Source of the DNA: a virus
Lineage: Duplodnaviria > Caudoviricetes
Length of the DNA: 63,465 bases
Virus record (IMG/VR): IMGVR_UViG_3300027593_000199
Coordinates: 1-63,465 of that record
Direction: 5' to 3' (one strand)
In this document: positions 27,991 through 36,585 of the stretch, piece by piece
How positions within the stretch are numbered: position 1 is the first letter of the stretch
How the letters are laid out: every line of letters starts with the position of its first letter
Made by a program: the position numbers and the translations under genes
The notes under the pieces: generated by a model
Seen by the model: only the letters and a program-made list of their open reading frames with translations
Told to the model about the DNA's origin: nothing
Database searches by the model: none

Positions 27991-28270
27991 AATCGCCTCC
28001 CTTTGGTGGTTGTGATAGGTTTATTGGTGTATTGCTTGGAGCAACTTCACCAGGTTTTAGTGGTCCTAGTCTTGGATCTCTTTGACCCTTGAATATATGT
28101 TCAGGACACGTTCTTGTTACATCACAAATAGGCATCTTGCAGAAGTCTTTATCCCAGTTTGTAGGATCTTGGCATGGATAACGGAATCTATCTCCGCCAA
28201 AGTAAGCAAGAGCAAGTGGAAGTGCGATCAATAGTCCTAACCACTTAAATAACTTTCTATCGCTTTTCAT
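27980..28270 (-). CDS. Membrane-anchored Cys-rich protein (lysis-associated)
   Basis: TM followed by DRFRYPCQDPTNW...C..P.C....TCP. Confidence 0.7.
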   Translation of the reverse strand: MKSDRKLFKWLGLLIALPLALAYFGGDRFRYPCQDPTNWDKDFCKMPICDVTRTCPEHIFKGQRDPRLGPLKPGEVAPSNTPINLSQPPKGGDCGK

Positions 28271-28894
28271 TTACACTCCTAACACATGCAATGCATGCTC
28301 ATAGTGCTTGATACGATCTTCTAAACCAATATAGCCACCATTGATAGCTTTTGTTAGACCTTTAATGTCACCCTTATCAGCAAAACGGTTTAGATTGTTT
28401 GATTCCCAGAACCAGCAAGCAGACTGTGCTGCACCTTCAAATGTTGCCAGATATTCTGGTACATCTTCAACACTCATCTCAAGACTATCAGCAAAATTTT
28501 GATAGTTTGATTTACCGGTCAATTGGATTAGACCACGACCGCAGTAGCGATATCCATCACCACTCTTCTCATCTCCGTTACCCATACGGCTAGCGTAGAT
28601 TCGGTTGGCAATAGCTTCTTGTTTATTTGGTTTAGATGCATAAGCCATAGCTAGTTCATCATTTGGAAAGTACTTACCAAACAGAGCTCTTAGCGAAGTA
28701 GCTTTGTAGTTCAAGTTTTCCTTGATCTTCATGAACTCACCAGACTCATGAGCACACTGAGCGATGAAAGCAGCAATGCGCTGCGGAGTATTGATATCGT
28801 AATCCGGTAACAGTTGAGCAAGGGCTTCGTGCCAGTGATCGATGTACGGATTCTTAGGTAGCAGCTGTTTAAGCTGTTGTTTTGTCAGTTCCAT
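28271..28894 (-). CDS. GH19 endolysin
   Basis: AAFIAQCAHES, ENLNY, YCGRGLIQLTGKSNY, SACWFW, TKAINGG..GLEDR. Confidence 0.93.
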   Translation of the reverse strand: MELTKQQLKQLLPKNPYIDHWHEALAQLLPDYDINTPQRIAAFIAQCAHESGEFMKIKENLNYKATSLRALFGKYFPNDELAMAYASKPNKQEAIANRIYASRMGNGDEKSGDGYRYCGRGLIQLTGKSNYQNFADSLEMSVEDVPEYLATFEGAAQSACWFWESNNLNRFADKGDIKGLTKAINGGYIGLEDRIKHYEHALHVLGV

Positions 28895-28921
28895 ATTTCA
28901 CCTTTTTTATTTTTATAGTTA

Positions 28922-29022
28922 GTGATGCCCCACTTATGTCCTCAACAATTGTAATGTTGATGTAGTAGGCAGGGGCCTCCTTATACACTCTTAAAGATTA
29001 ACGGTCCTAAGGTGTGTATTCT
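28922..29022 (-). ncRNA. Putative structured 5' leader of the endolysin gene
   Basis: ATACAC/GTGTAT stem with loop CCTT able to pair downstream AAGG; GCCCC/GGGGC stem enclosing a TCAACA/TGTTGA hairpin; follows AATAAATA. Confidence 0.45.
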
Positions 29023-29069
29023 GTTCTAATTTATTTATTAGTAGCCAAAATAAATGTATCAAAAAACAT

Positions 29070-29834
29070 TTAAATTCCGTAAGTATCTTTAACTGCATTG
29101 TAATTCTGAGTTATCTCAGCACCAGATAATACTTTATTATACACACGCATCTGATAAAAAACTGGATATAGTGCGGAATTTGAGTTGTTCATATAATCCG
29201 TCGGGCCTGCACCTTCATTTAAATGCCTTGCCCCAAAATAAAACTCACTTGTCGAAAAGAGCGTTTGATTACCAATAGTATTAGTTGTTCCAACTTGTGA
29301 ACCATTTAAAAATAGACTAGCTTGTGTACCATTGATAACAAAAATCCAATGTCTTATTGCATTACTTTCGGTTATAGTTACTGCGGTTTCACTATTAGGG
29401 ATACCATAAGTCATCTCTGTTATAACAAGTTCTCCGTATGTAGTATTCACATATGCTAGGTATCCACGGTTAGTATCATAAAATTCATTACCCCAAACAA
29501 CTCCCCAAGTTGATGTTGGATTAAATGAAGCAACCACTTCAACTGTTACAGTATTTGAAGCAATATTGTAAGGAACACTAATATAATCCGTACCTTCATA
29601 ATTATTCTGATTGTTTAGTCTTATGCCACCACCATTGTTTGATACATATGATGGAGAACCTATAAGTGTTGCATTACGACTATTACCACTAGAATCAGTC
29701 CATGTAGTTCCAGATGTTGGTGCAGTTTGTAAATTGAATTGCAAACCTGAAGTTACGATTTCTGATGATCCATTAGCTGTAACACTACTAGCTCTATAGC
29801 TTCCTCTCAAAGTTTGTATAATGCCACCCATCAA
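29070..29834 (-). CDS. LamG/concanavalin-A-like domain virion protein (putative receptor-binding)
   Basis: GTTWTDSSGN, LFLNGSQV, MRVYNKVLSGAEITQNYNA. Confidence 0.8.
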   Translation of the reverse strand: MMGGIIQTLRGSYRASSVTANGSSEIVTSGLQFNLQTAPTSGTTWTDSSGNSRNATLIGSPSYVSNNGGGIRLNNQNNYEGTDYISVPYNIASNTVTVEVVASFNPTSTWGVVWGNEFYDTNRGYLAYVNTTYGELVITEMTYGIPNSETAVTITESNAIRHWIFVINGTQASLFLNGSQVGTTNTIGNQTLFSTSEFYFGARHLNEGAGPTDYMNNSNSALYPVFYQMRVYNKVLSGAEITQNYNAVKDTYGI

Positions 29835-30886
29835 GTAACTCCAGTACCGCTAACCATCCAAGTATCTGTACCGATCTTCAAAAGGGTAGTCATACTATAT
29901 GAATTGAGAGTCACTGTAGACTTAGCTGTACTGTTACCAGCAAGATATATTGTTACACCTGCACCGTTTGCTACTGCTACTGTACCAGTTGATTGAACCA
30001 CAATTGTAATAGCTGCTCCTGTTTGGAATGCTACTGTACCGTTTGGTGGAATAGTAACCGTTTGAGTAGACGAACCTGAGTTCTGGGTGAGTATATGTTT
30101 ACCTGCATCAGTCAATGCTAATGTGAATGAGGTGTTAGTAAAGTTCTGTGGTACATCTCTATAACCAATTGCAAAACCGGCTGTGTTACCAGATACGTTA
30201 CCACTGACAGTTAAGTTAGCTGATAGTGTTGTATCTCCAGTTACTTGCAAAGTAGATGACACATTGGCAAAACCAGTGATAGTTGTGTTACCAGCTGCTA
30301 GAGTAGTAATGCCAGAGGCTGCTCCGGCAATTATTAAAGTAGAACCACCTTGAATAGTAGAGGTGACGTTTGCAAACCCAGTAATAGTTGTGTTACCAGC
30401 TGCTAGAGTAGTAATGCCTGATACTGCTCCACTAAATGTCCCAGTGTTAGCAATCAACACCCAACGCTGAGTTGAAGAACCAAGAGCTGTTCCTAATGTG
30501 TTAGAAGAAGGAATAACAGCACTACCACTGAATGTGACTGAGTTAGAAAATGATTGAGTGTTTGTCCAAGCATATGGAGCAGCAACACCAGTCCACGCTG
30601 TGTTTTGCACAGTGTTATCTGTAAATTTTATACTACCTGGTAATGTTATACTTCCATTTGCTTCAAGCCTTGTATAGTAACCGCCGCCTGGTGTCAGTAC
30701 CATAGCACTATTTGACAATGCCAGTGTCAATGTTGTATTAGAAAAAGCTGAATTGGTAAAAACAAAGTTACCAATATTAGCTCCTTGCACGCCACTGTTA
30801 ACTTCTATAGTGTATTCACTACTACTTGATATAGCACCAACAAAGGCGCTATCACCAGACTCAAGAGTTGTTGTTATTGTACCCAT
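29831..30886 (-). CDS. Tail-fibre-like protein
   Basis: T/S/G/N-rich beta repeats; C-terminal GYRDVPQ...DAGKHI...TDTWMVSG module. Confidence 0.8.
   Translation of the reverse strand: MGTITTTLESGDSAFVGAISSSSEYTIEVNSGVQGANIGNFVFTNSAFSNTTLTLALSNSAMVLTPGGGYYTRLEANGSITLPGSIKFTDNTVQNTAWTGVAAPYAWTNTQSFSNSVTFSGSAVIPSSNTLGTALGSSTQRWVLIANTGTFSGAVSGITTLAAGNTTITGFANVTSTIQGGSTLIIAGAASGITTLAAGNTTITGFANVSSTLQVTGDTTLSANLTVSGNVSGNTAGFAIGYRDVPQNFTNTSFTLALTDAGKHILTQNSGSSTQTVTIPPNGTVAFQTGAAITIVVQSTGTVAVANGAGVTIYLAGNSTAKSTVTLNSYSMTTLLKIGTDTWMVSGTGVT
30279..30418. repeat. Exact 35-nt direct repeat, 105-nt spacing
   Basis: ATAGTTGTGTTACCAGCTGCTAGAGTAGTAATGCC at 30279-30313 and 30384-30418. Confidence 0.85.
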
Positions 30887-31224
30887 TAACTTACCCCGCC
30901 ACTGACTTTGACAGTACCTTCTGCAATACGAGTTTTAAATCCTGCTCCAGAGGTTATAGTCACATCATAAAAATATCTTTGTAAACTTAAATTGGCAGTC
31001 TGATCTGGACTAAGTGATATCTTTATCTGGCCTGCTGCTGCATTAGTTACTGATGATGTAAAGGATATAGCTTGAGCATCTGGAGTATTGAAATCATTTT
31101 TTAGTTTAGCTGCTGTAGTATAACCAGTGAGGTTAAGAGCAGATGCTCCATCCTTAACAGTCAGCGTTACTTCAAAGCTAGCTTTTTGATTAATTACAAT
31201 GTCGATTATGTTGTCGGCCGCCAT
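30886..31224 (-). CDS. Ig-like virion adaptor protein (BppU-like)
   Basis: INQKASF...LNLTGY...GQIKISL...RYFYDV...RIAEG.V.VSGGVS. Confidence 0.75.
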   Translation of the reverse strand: MAADNIIDIVINQKASFEVTLTVKDGASALNLTGYTTAAKLKNDFNTPDAQAISFTSSVTNAAAGQIKISLSPDQTANLSLQRYFYDVTITSGAGFKTRIAEGTVKVSGGVS

Positions 31225-31273
31225 TTTTATTTTCCTTATTATACGGTACCAAGGTGTGTATTTTTTTTATTTA

Positions 31274-31540
31274 TTATCTAAACGCAACATGGGTAGCTAG
31301 TACATCACTACCAGTATCTACGAATATTTTATCAGATGATTTTTTCTCTATGTATTCTGGAACGCCAGGAGCAATAGTCATTGTACCAATAGTTGCATTA
31401 GACGAATCAGTTATAGTGAGTAGGTGATGTAAACCTCCACCCCCAACGTGAAGCACTCTAACAACTGTTGCATTATTGACAGTTGATCCACCATTATTAC
31501 TTAATGTTAGTTCAGAAGATAAAATTTTAATCTTGATCAT
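31274..31540 (-). CDS. Small virion-associated protein
   Basis: ATVVR...GTMTI...IEK...D.I pattern. Confidence 0.6.
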   Translation of the reverse strand: MIKIKILSSELTLSNNGGSTVNNATVVRVLHVGGGGLHHLLTITDSSNATIGTMTIAPGVPEYIEKKSSDKIFVDTGSDVLATHVAFR

Positions 31541-31564
31541 ATTATTTGTTTGCGCTTAAATTGG

Positions 31565-31822
31565 TTATTTTACACTTTCAAATATTTTCTTTTGTTCATC
31601 ATACCATTCAACCCATGACTCAACTTTTAGCGAACACTCATGATAGAGTGCGTAGTTGCTACTAACATTCCTAGCAACATCACTTAGCTTTGTATCTTCT
31701 GGTAACTGGTTTAACTGAACACACTTTGTTTTCATTATATCAGGAACAGATGGGAACTTTCTTGCAACAGGAACTGGCTGAGCACATCCAACTAATAGTA
31801 ACAACAATACTAGCGCTCTCAT
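31565..31822 (-). CDS. Outer-membrane spanin (Rz1-like lipoprotein)
   Basis: Lipobox LVGC; Pro-rich; NY..YHEC; follows the i-spanin. Confidence 0.8.
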   Translation of the reverse strand: MRALVLLLLLVGCAQPVPVARKFPSVPDIMKTKCVQLNQLPEDTKLSDVARNVSSNYALYHECSLKVESWVEWYDEQKKIFESVK

Positions 31823-32247
31823 TTTGATTCTCCTGCAGCATCATTCACTGCTTTCACAAACTCTTTTGGAATCTCACACTTAGTATCATACTTGACTACT
31901 TCTCTATCAATATACTGAACAATAGTATCTGCTTTTTCTCTGATTACTTTTTCTTTGGTAACTATCTTTGTTACTAACTTGACGTTAACTTTTTCTGACT
32001 TGACTTCTGACTCTGCAATCTTTTTCTCCAACTCTGCGACTCTTGCTAACCACTTCTCTTCATTAGCGGCACCACCAAGCATCCAGGTTGATCCAACAAG
32101 TATCAGAGTGAATATAACTCTAATGGGAAGGACATATTGTCCGAAGAAAGGTAGGAATTTGAGGAAGAAAGACAAAACTAGGCCTGCGAGGCCTAGTAAG
32201 AATGTTGCACTAAAGAACCACCCAGGTAGAAAGTTAAGTAACCACAT
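31819..32247 (-). CDS. Inner-membrane spanin (Rz-like)
   Basis: N-terminal TMs, coiled coil, C-terminal CEIP..FV...NDAA. Confidence 0.78.
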   Translation of the reverse strand: MWLLNFLPGWFFSATFLLGLAGLVLSFFLKFLPFFGQYVLPIRVIFTLILVGSTWMLGGAANEEKWLARVAELEKKIAESEVKSEKVNVKLVTKIVTKEKVIREKADTIVQYIDREVVKYDTKCEIPKEFVKAVNDAAGESK

Positions 32248-32761
32248 TAGGCTTCTTTCTTCTCAACATCTTGGGTGTTTTAATTAGTATAGGATCAAAT
32301 CCATCTACATCACCTGAACCCATATTATTAGTAGGGAGAGCATCTCCAGAATTCAAACCAGCAATCTCTTCATAGAGTTGCATGAACTTAACTTCAAAGT
32401 ATACTTCGTTAAGGAGTGCTTCACTCTTATTTTCTTTCATCATTAAGTAAGAAGCAACCCCAGAAGCGAATCTAGTATCACCTGATGGGACCTTCGCTAG
32501 TATCTTCTTTAAATTTGTTGTGAGTATATCAAAGTATCCCCATGCTGCTCTTTCGTTATCATCTTTGAGGTCTTTCTTCTTCTTTAAGACCTTACCATTC
32601 TTATCGATGATACCGAGCTTGTATGCATCCCACTCTTTGAAAGGGGTATTGATTCTTTTCAGGAATTGGTATGTCAAGAACATATCGACCATCGGATTTC
32701 TTGTCATCGATGGGACATTCTTAATATTCGTGGGAATTTGATTATTGTTTGGTTTGGTCAT
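32234..32761 (-). CDS. Conserved T4-like hypothetical protein
   Basis: YQFLKR..TPFKEWDAYKLGIIDKNG. Confidence 0.75.
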   Translation of the reverse strand: MTKPNNNQIPTNIKNVPSMTRNPMVDMFLTYQFLKRINTPFKEWDAYKLGIIDKNGKVLKKKKDLKDDNERAAWGYFDILTTNLKKILAKVPSGDTRFASGVASYLMMKENKSEALLNEVYFEVKFMQLYEEIAGLNSGDALPTNNMGSGDVDGFDPILIKTPKMLRRKKPNVVT

Positions 32762-33149
32762 CTATTTTTCTCAGCTTATCTACTATGTTACTATCCATTA
32801 ATATTTCGGAAGTCTTTATATTGGAGCCCTGAACATTATATACTACTTCTGGACAATAGCTCAAGAATAATAAAAACGGCTTCAAGTATGAGCTGTAATT
32901 ATTCATTTTAAGGAATAGTAATCTTGTGGCTGCTTCAACACCAAATACATTGTATATAACTGTCAGATGATTAAGAACAAGACGTTCGTTGATATCACCC
33001 GACTCATCATATCTTCCAAATAACTTCTTCAAGTATTTGAATCTACTTAGATCTTCGTAGAATTCAATCGTATCAAAAAAGTGAGGGTTATCATAATGTT
33101 TCGCAGCATAAATTAGAGCGTTGTGCTCAGTCAAATCATCATATTGCAT
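32742..33149 (-). CDS. Conserved T4-like hypothetical protein
   Basis: YAAKHYDNP..EFYEDL.RFKY...RLVLNH...NVFG; probable start MQYDDL. Confidence 0.8.
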   Translation of the reverse strand: MQYDDLTEHNALIYAAKHYDNPHFFDTIEFYEDLSRFKYLKKLFGRYDESGDINERLVLNHLTVIYNVFGVEAATRLLFLKMNNYSSYLKPFLLFLSYCPEVVYNVQGSNIKTSEILMDSNIVDKLRKIDDQTKQ

Positions 33150-33154
33150 ATTGG

Positions 33155-34714
33155 TTATGTCCAAGCGTCGTACGATATTCTCTTCCAAGCACCATCACCG
33201 GCGCAGACATACAAGTAATCATTGTCGATAGCAAATTCTCCTTTGATACCTACTGCATCTGGTGCAGAAGGAGGAGTAGTTCTATACATAAATGCTGTGT
33301 TCTGTACCATGTTATCAGGGAACAGGATAGAACCATTTGCTCTAAATGTCCACTGTGATGCTCCAACAGTAACTATTAAGTTAGTATTGGATACAGATAC
33401 AGAGTTATTTACTGTACTATTAGACCATGATATTGATATACCGGTATTTGATCTGGTAGATACAGAAGTTGTATTGACTGTTGTATTAACCGTACTATTA
33501 CCAATTGAAATAGCAGTAGCAGTACTTGGAATAACAATAGTATTTGCTGGGAAGGTTGTAGTACCTGATCGATCAAACTTCCAGTCTACAGTTCCAAAGT
33601 CCGCAGACTTAACACTAACATAAGCACTGTTATTGGTTCTAACACCTACAATACTTGAGTGTAGTGCTGCACTTAAATCTTCTGCCTTAATCTCAACAAC
33701 ACCACCAGAGTATAATTCAACTGATGTATTGTTTATTGATTGTATATGTGTATTTGTACCAGGAAGATATATGTCACTAGGTACAGTAACTCTACCATTA
33801 GCTTGGGATAAACTTACTGTAAATCCATTACTAATTAACTGTCTTGCTGATCCAACAGATGCATTAGCGATATCAGTATTAAGGAAACCTGTAGCATTAA
33901 TGGTAAGCTCATTACCTACTTTAATAATACCAGCTGATGTTGTATTAGCAGTTCTAATATTTGCACTAAGCTGGAATGTGGTGTTACTCATTGCAAGTTG
34001 GTCACCAACTATTATAATACCAGGAGCTGTTGTGTTAGCAAAGTTAGTATTAACATTAAGTATTCCATTTGCAATAGCCATTGTATTACCGACTATAATA
34101 CTACCTGCTGAGTTAAAAGTTGCAATCGGGAGAGTAGCACTTAAATGACCACTAGCATTGATAGTCATGTTATTGCCAACTTTAACAATACCTTCTGATG
34201 TTGTATTGGCATATCTGAGATTTGCGCTCAGGAATCCTGTAGCATTAATAGATAACTGATCACCAACACCAACCTTACCAAGGACTGTTGTATTAGCAAT
34301 AAATACATTGGCACTGAGATATCCAGTAGCATTAATGGTAAGATTATTACCTACAGCAATGATACCAGCTGTAGAGTTTGATGCAGCTACTATATTAGCT
34401 ACTAAGAAGCCATTCTGATCAATTGCAAGTTGACTACCAACTTTAATAGTACCAAATGATGATGTGTTAGCTGCTCTAATATTAGCACTAAGAACACCAT
34501 CTACAGTGATAGCAAGCTGACTTCCAATCTTGACGATACCTGCATACGTTGTATTAGCATAGTCAGGAAAGGTAACCGTATCTCTAAACGTACTGACAGT
34601 CAACTTCCTTGTTGTCAACGTACCTGCAACGTTAGCAACAAGGACGAAGAAATCACTATTGTTTATAGTATTAGCGGTTGTTAACTCGCTGATCTTCTTG
34701 GCTCTATTACTCAT
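33155..34714 (-). CDS. Tail-fibre-like protein with ~29-aa repeats
   Basis: KKISELT start; about 8 repeats of ANTTxxGIxKVGxxLxINAxGxLSA; C-terminal GEFAIDNDYLYVC...WKR. Confidence 0.85.
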   Translation of the reverse strand: MSNRAKKISELTTANTINNSDFFVLVANVAGTLTTRKLTVSTFRDTVTFPDYANTTYAGIVKIGSQLAITVDGVLSANIRAANTSSFGTIKVGSQLAIDQNGFLVANIVAASNSTAGIIAVGNNLTINATGYLSANVFIANTTVLGKVGVGDQLSINATGFLSANLRYANTTSEGIVKVGNNMTINASGHLSATLPIATFNSAGSIIVGNTMAIANGILNVNTNFANTTAPGIIIVGDQLAMSNTTFQLSANIRTANTTSAGIIKVGNELTINATGFLNTDIANASVGSARQLISNGFTVSLSQANGRVTVPSDIYLPGTNTHIQSINNTSVELYSGGVVEIKAEDLSAALHSSIVGVRTNNSAYVSVKSADFGTVDWKFDRSGTTTFPANTIVIPSTATAISIGNSTVNTTVNTTSVSTRSNTGISISWSNSTVNNSVSVSNTNLIVTVGASQWTFRANGSILFPDNMVQNTAFMYRTTPPSAPDAVGIKGEFAIDNDYLYVCAGDGAWKRISYDAWT

Positions 34715-34720
34715 ATTTTA

Positions 34721-35578
34721 TTATGCGTCTGGTAAGTAAGCATCATCGGATGCATCGCTAGTGATTGAACCCATAGCTACTAATGTTTCATATTGAACAC
34801 GTCCAGCACGACCACCAGTACCTTCTGTTCTAATATTCCAACCAGCATGTGTAACACCTCTATTCTTTGCACCACCAACAACTACAACTGCTGTTGCTGT
34901 CTGACCAGTGATCGAGTGACCAGCTTGGGCAGTTGCTGCAGCGGATGTCAAGTTAATAGCAGGACCACCAGATGTAGTAGCTAATTGGATTGCTGTTGAG
35001 TTAGCAGTGATTACAAAGTATTGGGTTCCGCTAGCAAGACCACCAATAGCTGTATTAGCGGCTGCAACAGTGTAAGTTACGATGTCATTATTAACAAAGA
35101 ATGCTCTGTTAGAACCTAATGATATAAAACCATTTACTGTTGAGTTACCAACTGTGACTGCTGATGTATTACCTGCAAATGTCTGCGCAGCTGGAGCAGC
35201 AATAGAAGCGATTGGAGAAGCAGTGTAGCCTGTTCCGTTAGCTGTTACTGTAAATGCTGTGATTCTACCAGTTGCATCAGCAGTTGTATTAGCAGCCGCA
35301 TCGGCACCAGTGTTATTTCCTGAGAATGTAACAGCTGCATTACCACTATATCCTGAACCTGCGAAGGTTAAAGTACCAGAGATAATTGGACCAGCACTAA
35401 CACTCATCTCTGTCGTATCGACACCATACTGTCCAACAATCTGGCCAGCAATAAATGCATCGGCTGTTGTATTACCAAATAAAGCTGTTCTATTAGCAGT
35501 GTTTGGTGCTAGTTTAAATTGACCAGCAGCAGAAATTACCGAGTTTCCTGCAGCGTCTGTGTTTCCCCATAAAGGCAT
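34721..35578 (-). CDS. Virion structural protein (MPLWG... family)
   Basis: MPLWG start, GSGY motifs, HAGW...RVQYETLVAM. Confidence 0.8.
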   Translation of the reverse strand: MPLWGNTDAAGNSVISAAGQFKLAPNTANRTALFGNTTADAFIAGQIVGQYGVDTTEMSVSAGPIISGTLTFAGSGYSGNAAVTFSGNNTGADAAANTTADATGRITAFTVTANGTGYTASPIASIAAPAAQTFAGNTSAVTVGNSTVNGFISLGSNRAFFVNNDIVTYTVAAANTAIGGLASGTQYFVITANSTAIQLATTSGGPAINLTSAAATAQAGHSITGQTATAVVVVGGAKNRGVTHAGWNIRTEGTGGRAGRVQYETLVAMGSITSDASDDAYLPDA

Positions 35579-35608
35579 TTTTGTACTCCTTGATTTACGT
35601 TGTTATAG

Positions 35609-35815
35609 TTATTTATCTTTGTTAGAATGTAGCATATCAGCATGAAAAGCAGAATGTCTATGTTCAATTAATGGTTCATCAACTACTCTTATCTTCTTCA
35701 TAGCCTGCTGCCTAGCCATGGATCGTATATCTTCCATGGTACGGACAGGTTCACCATCAGGATCTCTTACTACGGGATCACCCTGTATAATGATATTGGC
35801 AGCTGAAATTCCCAT
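35609..35815 (-). CDS. Hypothetical protein
   Basis: Coupled ORF. Confidence 0.6.
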   Translation of the reverse strand: MGISAANIIIQGDPVVRDPDGEPVRTMEDIRSMARQQAMKKIRVVDEPLIEHRHSAFHADMLHSNKDK

Positions 35816-36585
35816 TACTTTCCTGTAATCATCTTGTGAACAGCCATAAGATTCTCATGTGACTTATGAATCTCATCATGGACATTCATTCTATGCTCTG
35901 GTTTCAATCTATCTGTAGCACTGAGAATAGTCTTTGCAACATGCTGAGGCACTGGATGCTTCTTACCATTCTTGAATGTTACATGGAATGGTTTCATATC
36001 CGAATCAGACGCTTTCTTTAACTGGACGTGAATATGTTGATCCGCTTCCATACCGTTATCCTCACCGTGCTCTTCATGATCTTCGGAATCATCATTACTA
36101 CGAATAGACATCTTCTTAGGACGACCACGGGCTTCATCAAGACCAACTTCTTCCTTGACTTCGCTCTGCATATAGTCAGCCACTGTGCTAATATAGTCAG
36201 CGGATAAAGTAATTTTATTCTGTACCCATTCAGCCATGTTGGTATTATCTTTTAGCATGTCATGGACTTGTTGAGCATTGGCCATGATAGAACGTAACTG
36301 ACTCTTAGCCATGTCACCTTCGTAGTCATATTCTCTAGGATCTTTGGCTTCTGTGAATCTAAGTAGTTTTGTTTCTGAACTCTTCGTCTGAGCATTCTTT
36401 GCTGTAGCTGCAATCTGCTTTAGACGCTTTTTGTTCTCTGTCTCATATCCCATGGCTTCCTTGATACCATCGTAAGGATTACCACCCATGAGTTTACGAT
36501 GAGCCTTGTAGCGTTTACCACTGCTACTTAGTTTAAAATCGGAAGAGGCTACAACCCCTTCCTGTATTTGTTTAAGTGTTTTCAT
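35815..36585 (-). CDS. Putative internal head protein
   Basis: MKTLKQIQEG; internal IKEA/FTEA/VKEE/LDEA; EGDMAKSQL...WVQNKIT...DY module. Confidence 0.7.
   Translation of the reverse strand: MKTLKQIQEGVVASSDFKLSSSGKRYKAHRKLMGGNPYDGIKEAMGYETENKKRLKQIAATAKNAQTKSSETKLLRFTEAKDPREYDYEGDMAKSQLRSIMANAQQVHDMLKDNTNMAEWVQNKITLSADYISTVADYMQSEVKEEVGLDEARGRPKKMSIRSNDDSEDHEEHGEDNGMEADQHIHVQLKKASDSDMKPFHVTFKNGKKHPVPQHVAKTILSATDRLKPEHRMNVHDEIHKSHENLMAVHKMITGK

Noticed and set aside
29070-35578. Diversity-generating retroelement or invertible fibre cassette
   Set aside because: No reverse transcriptase, invertase or adenine-variable repeat pair seen in the window
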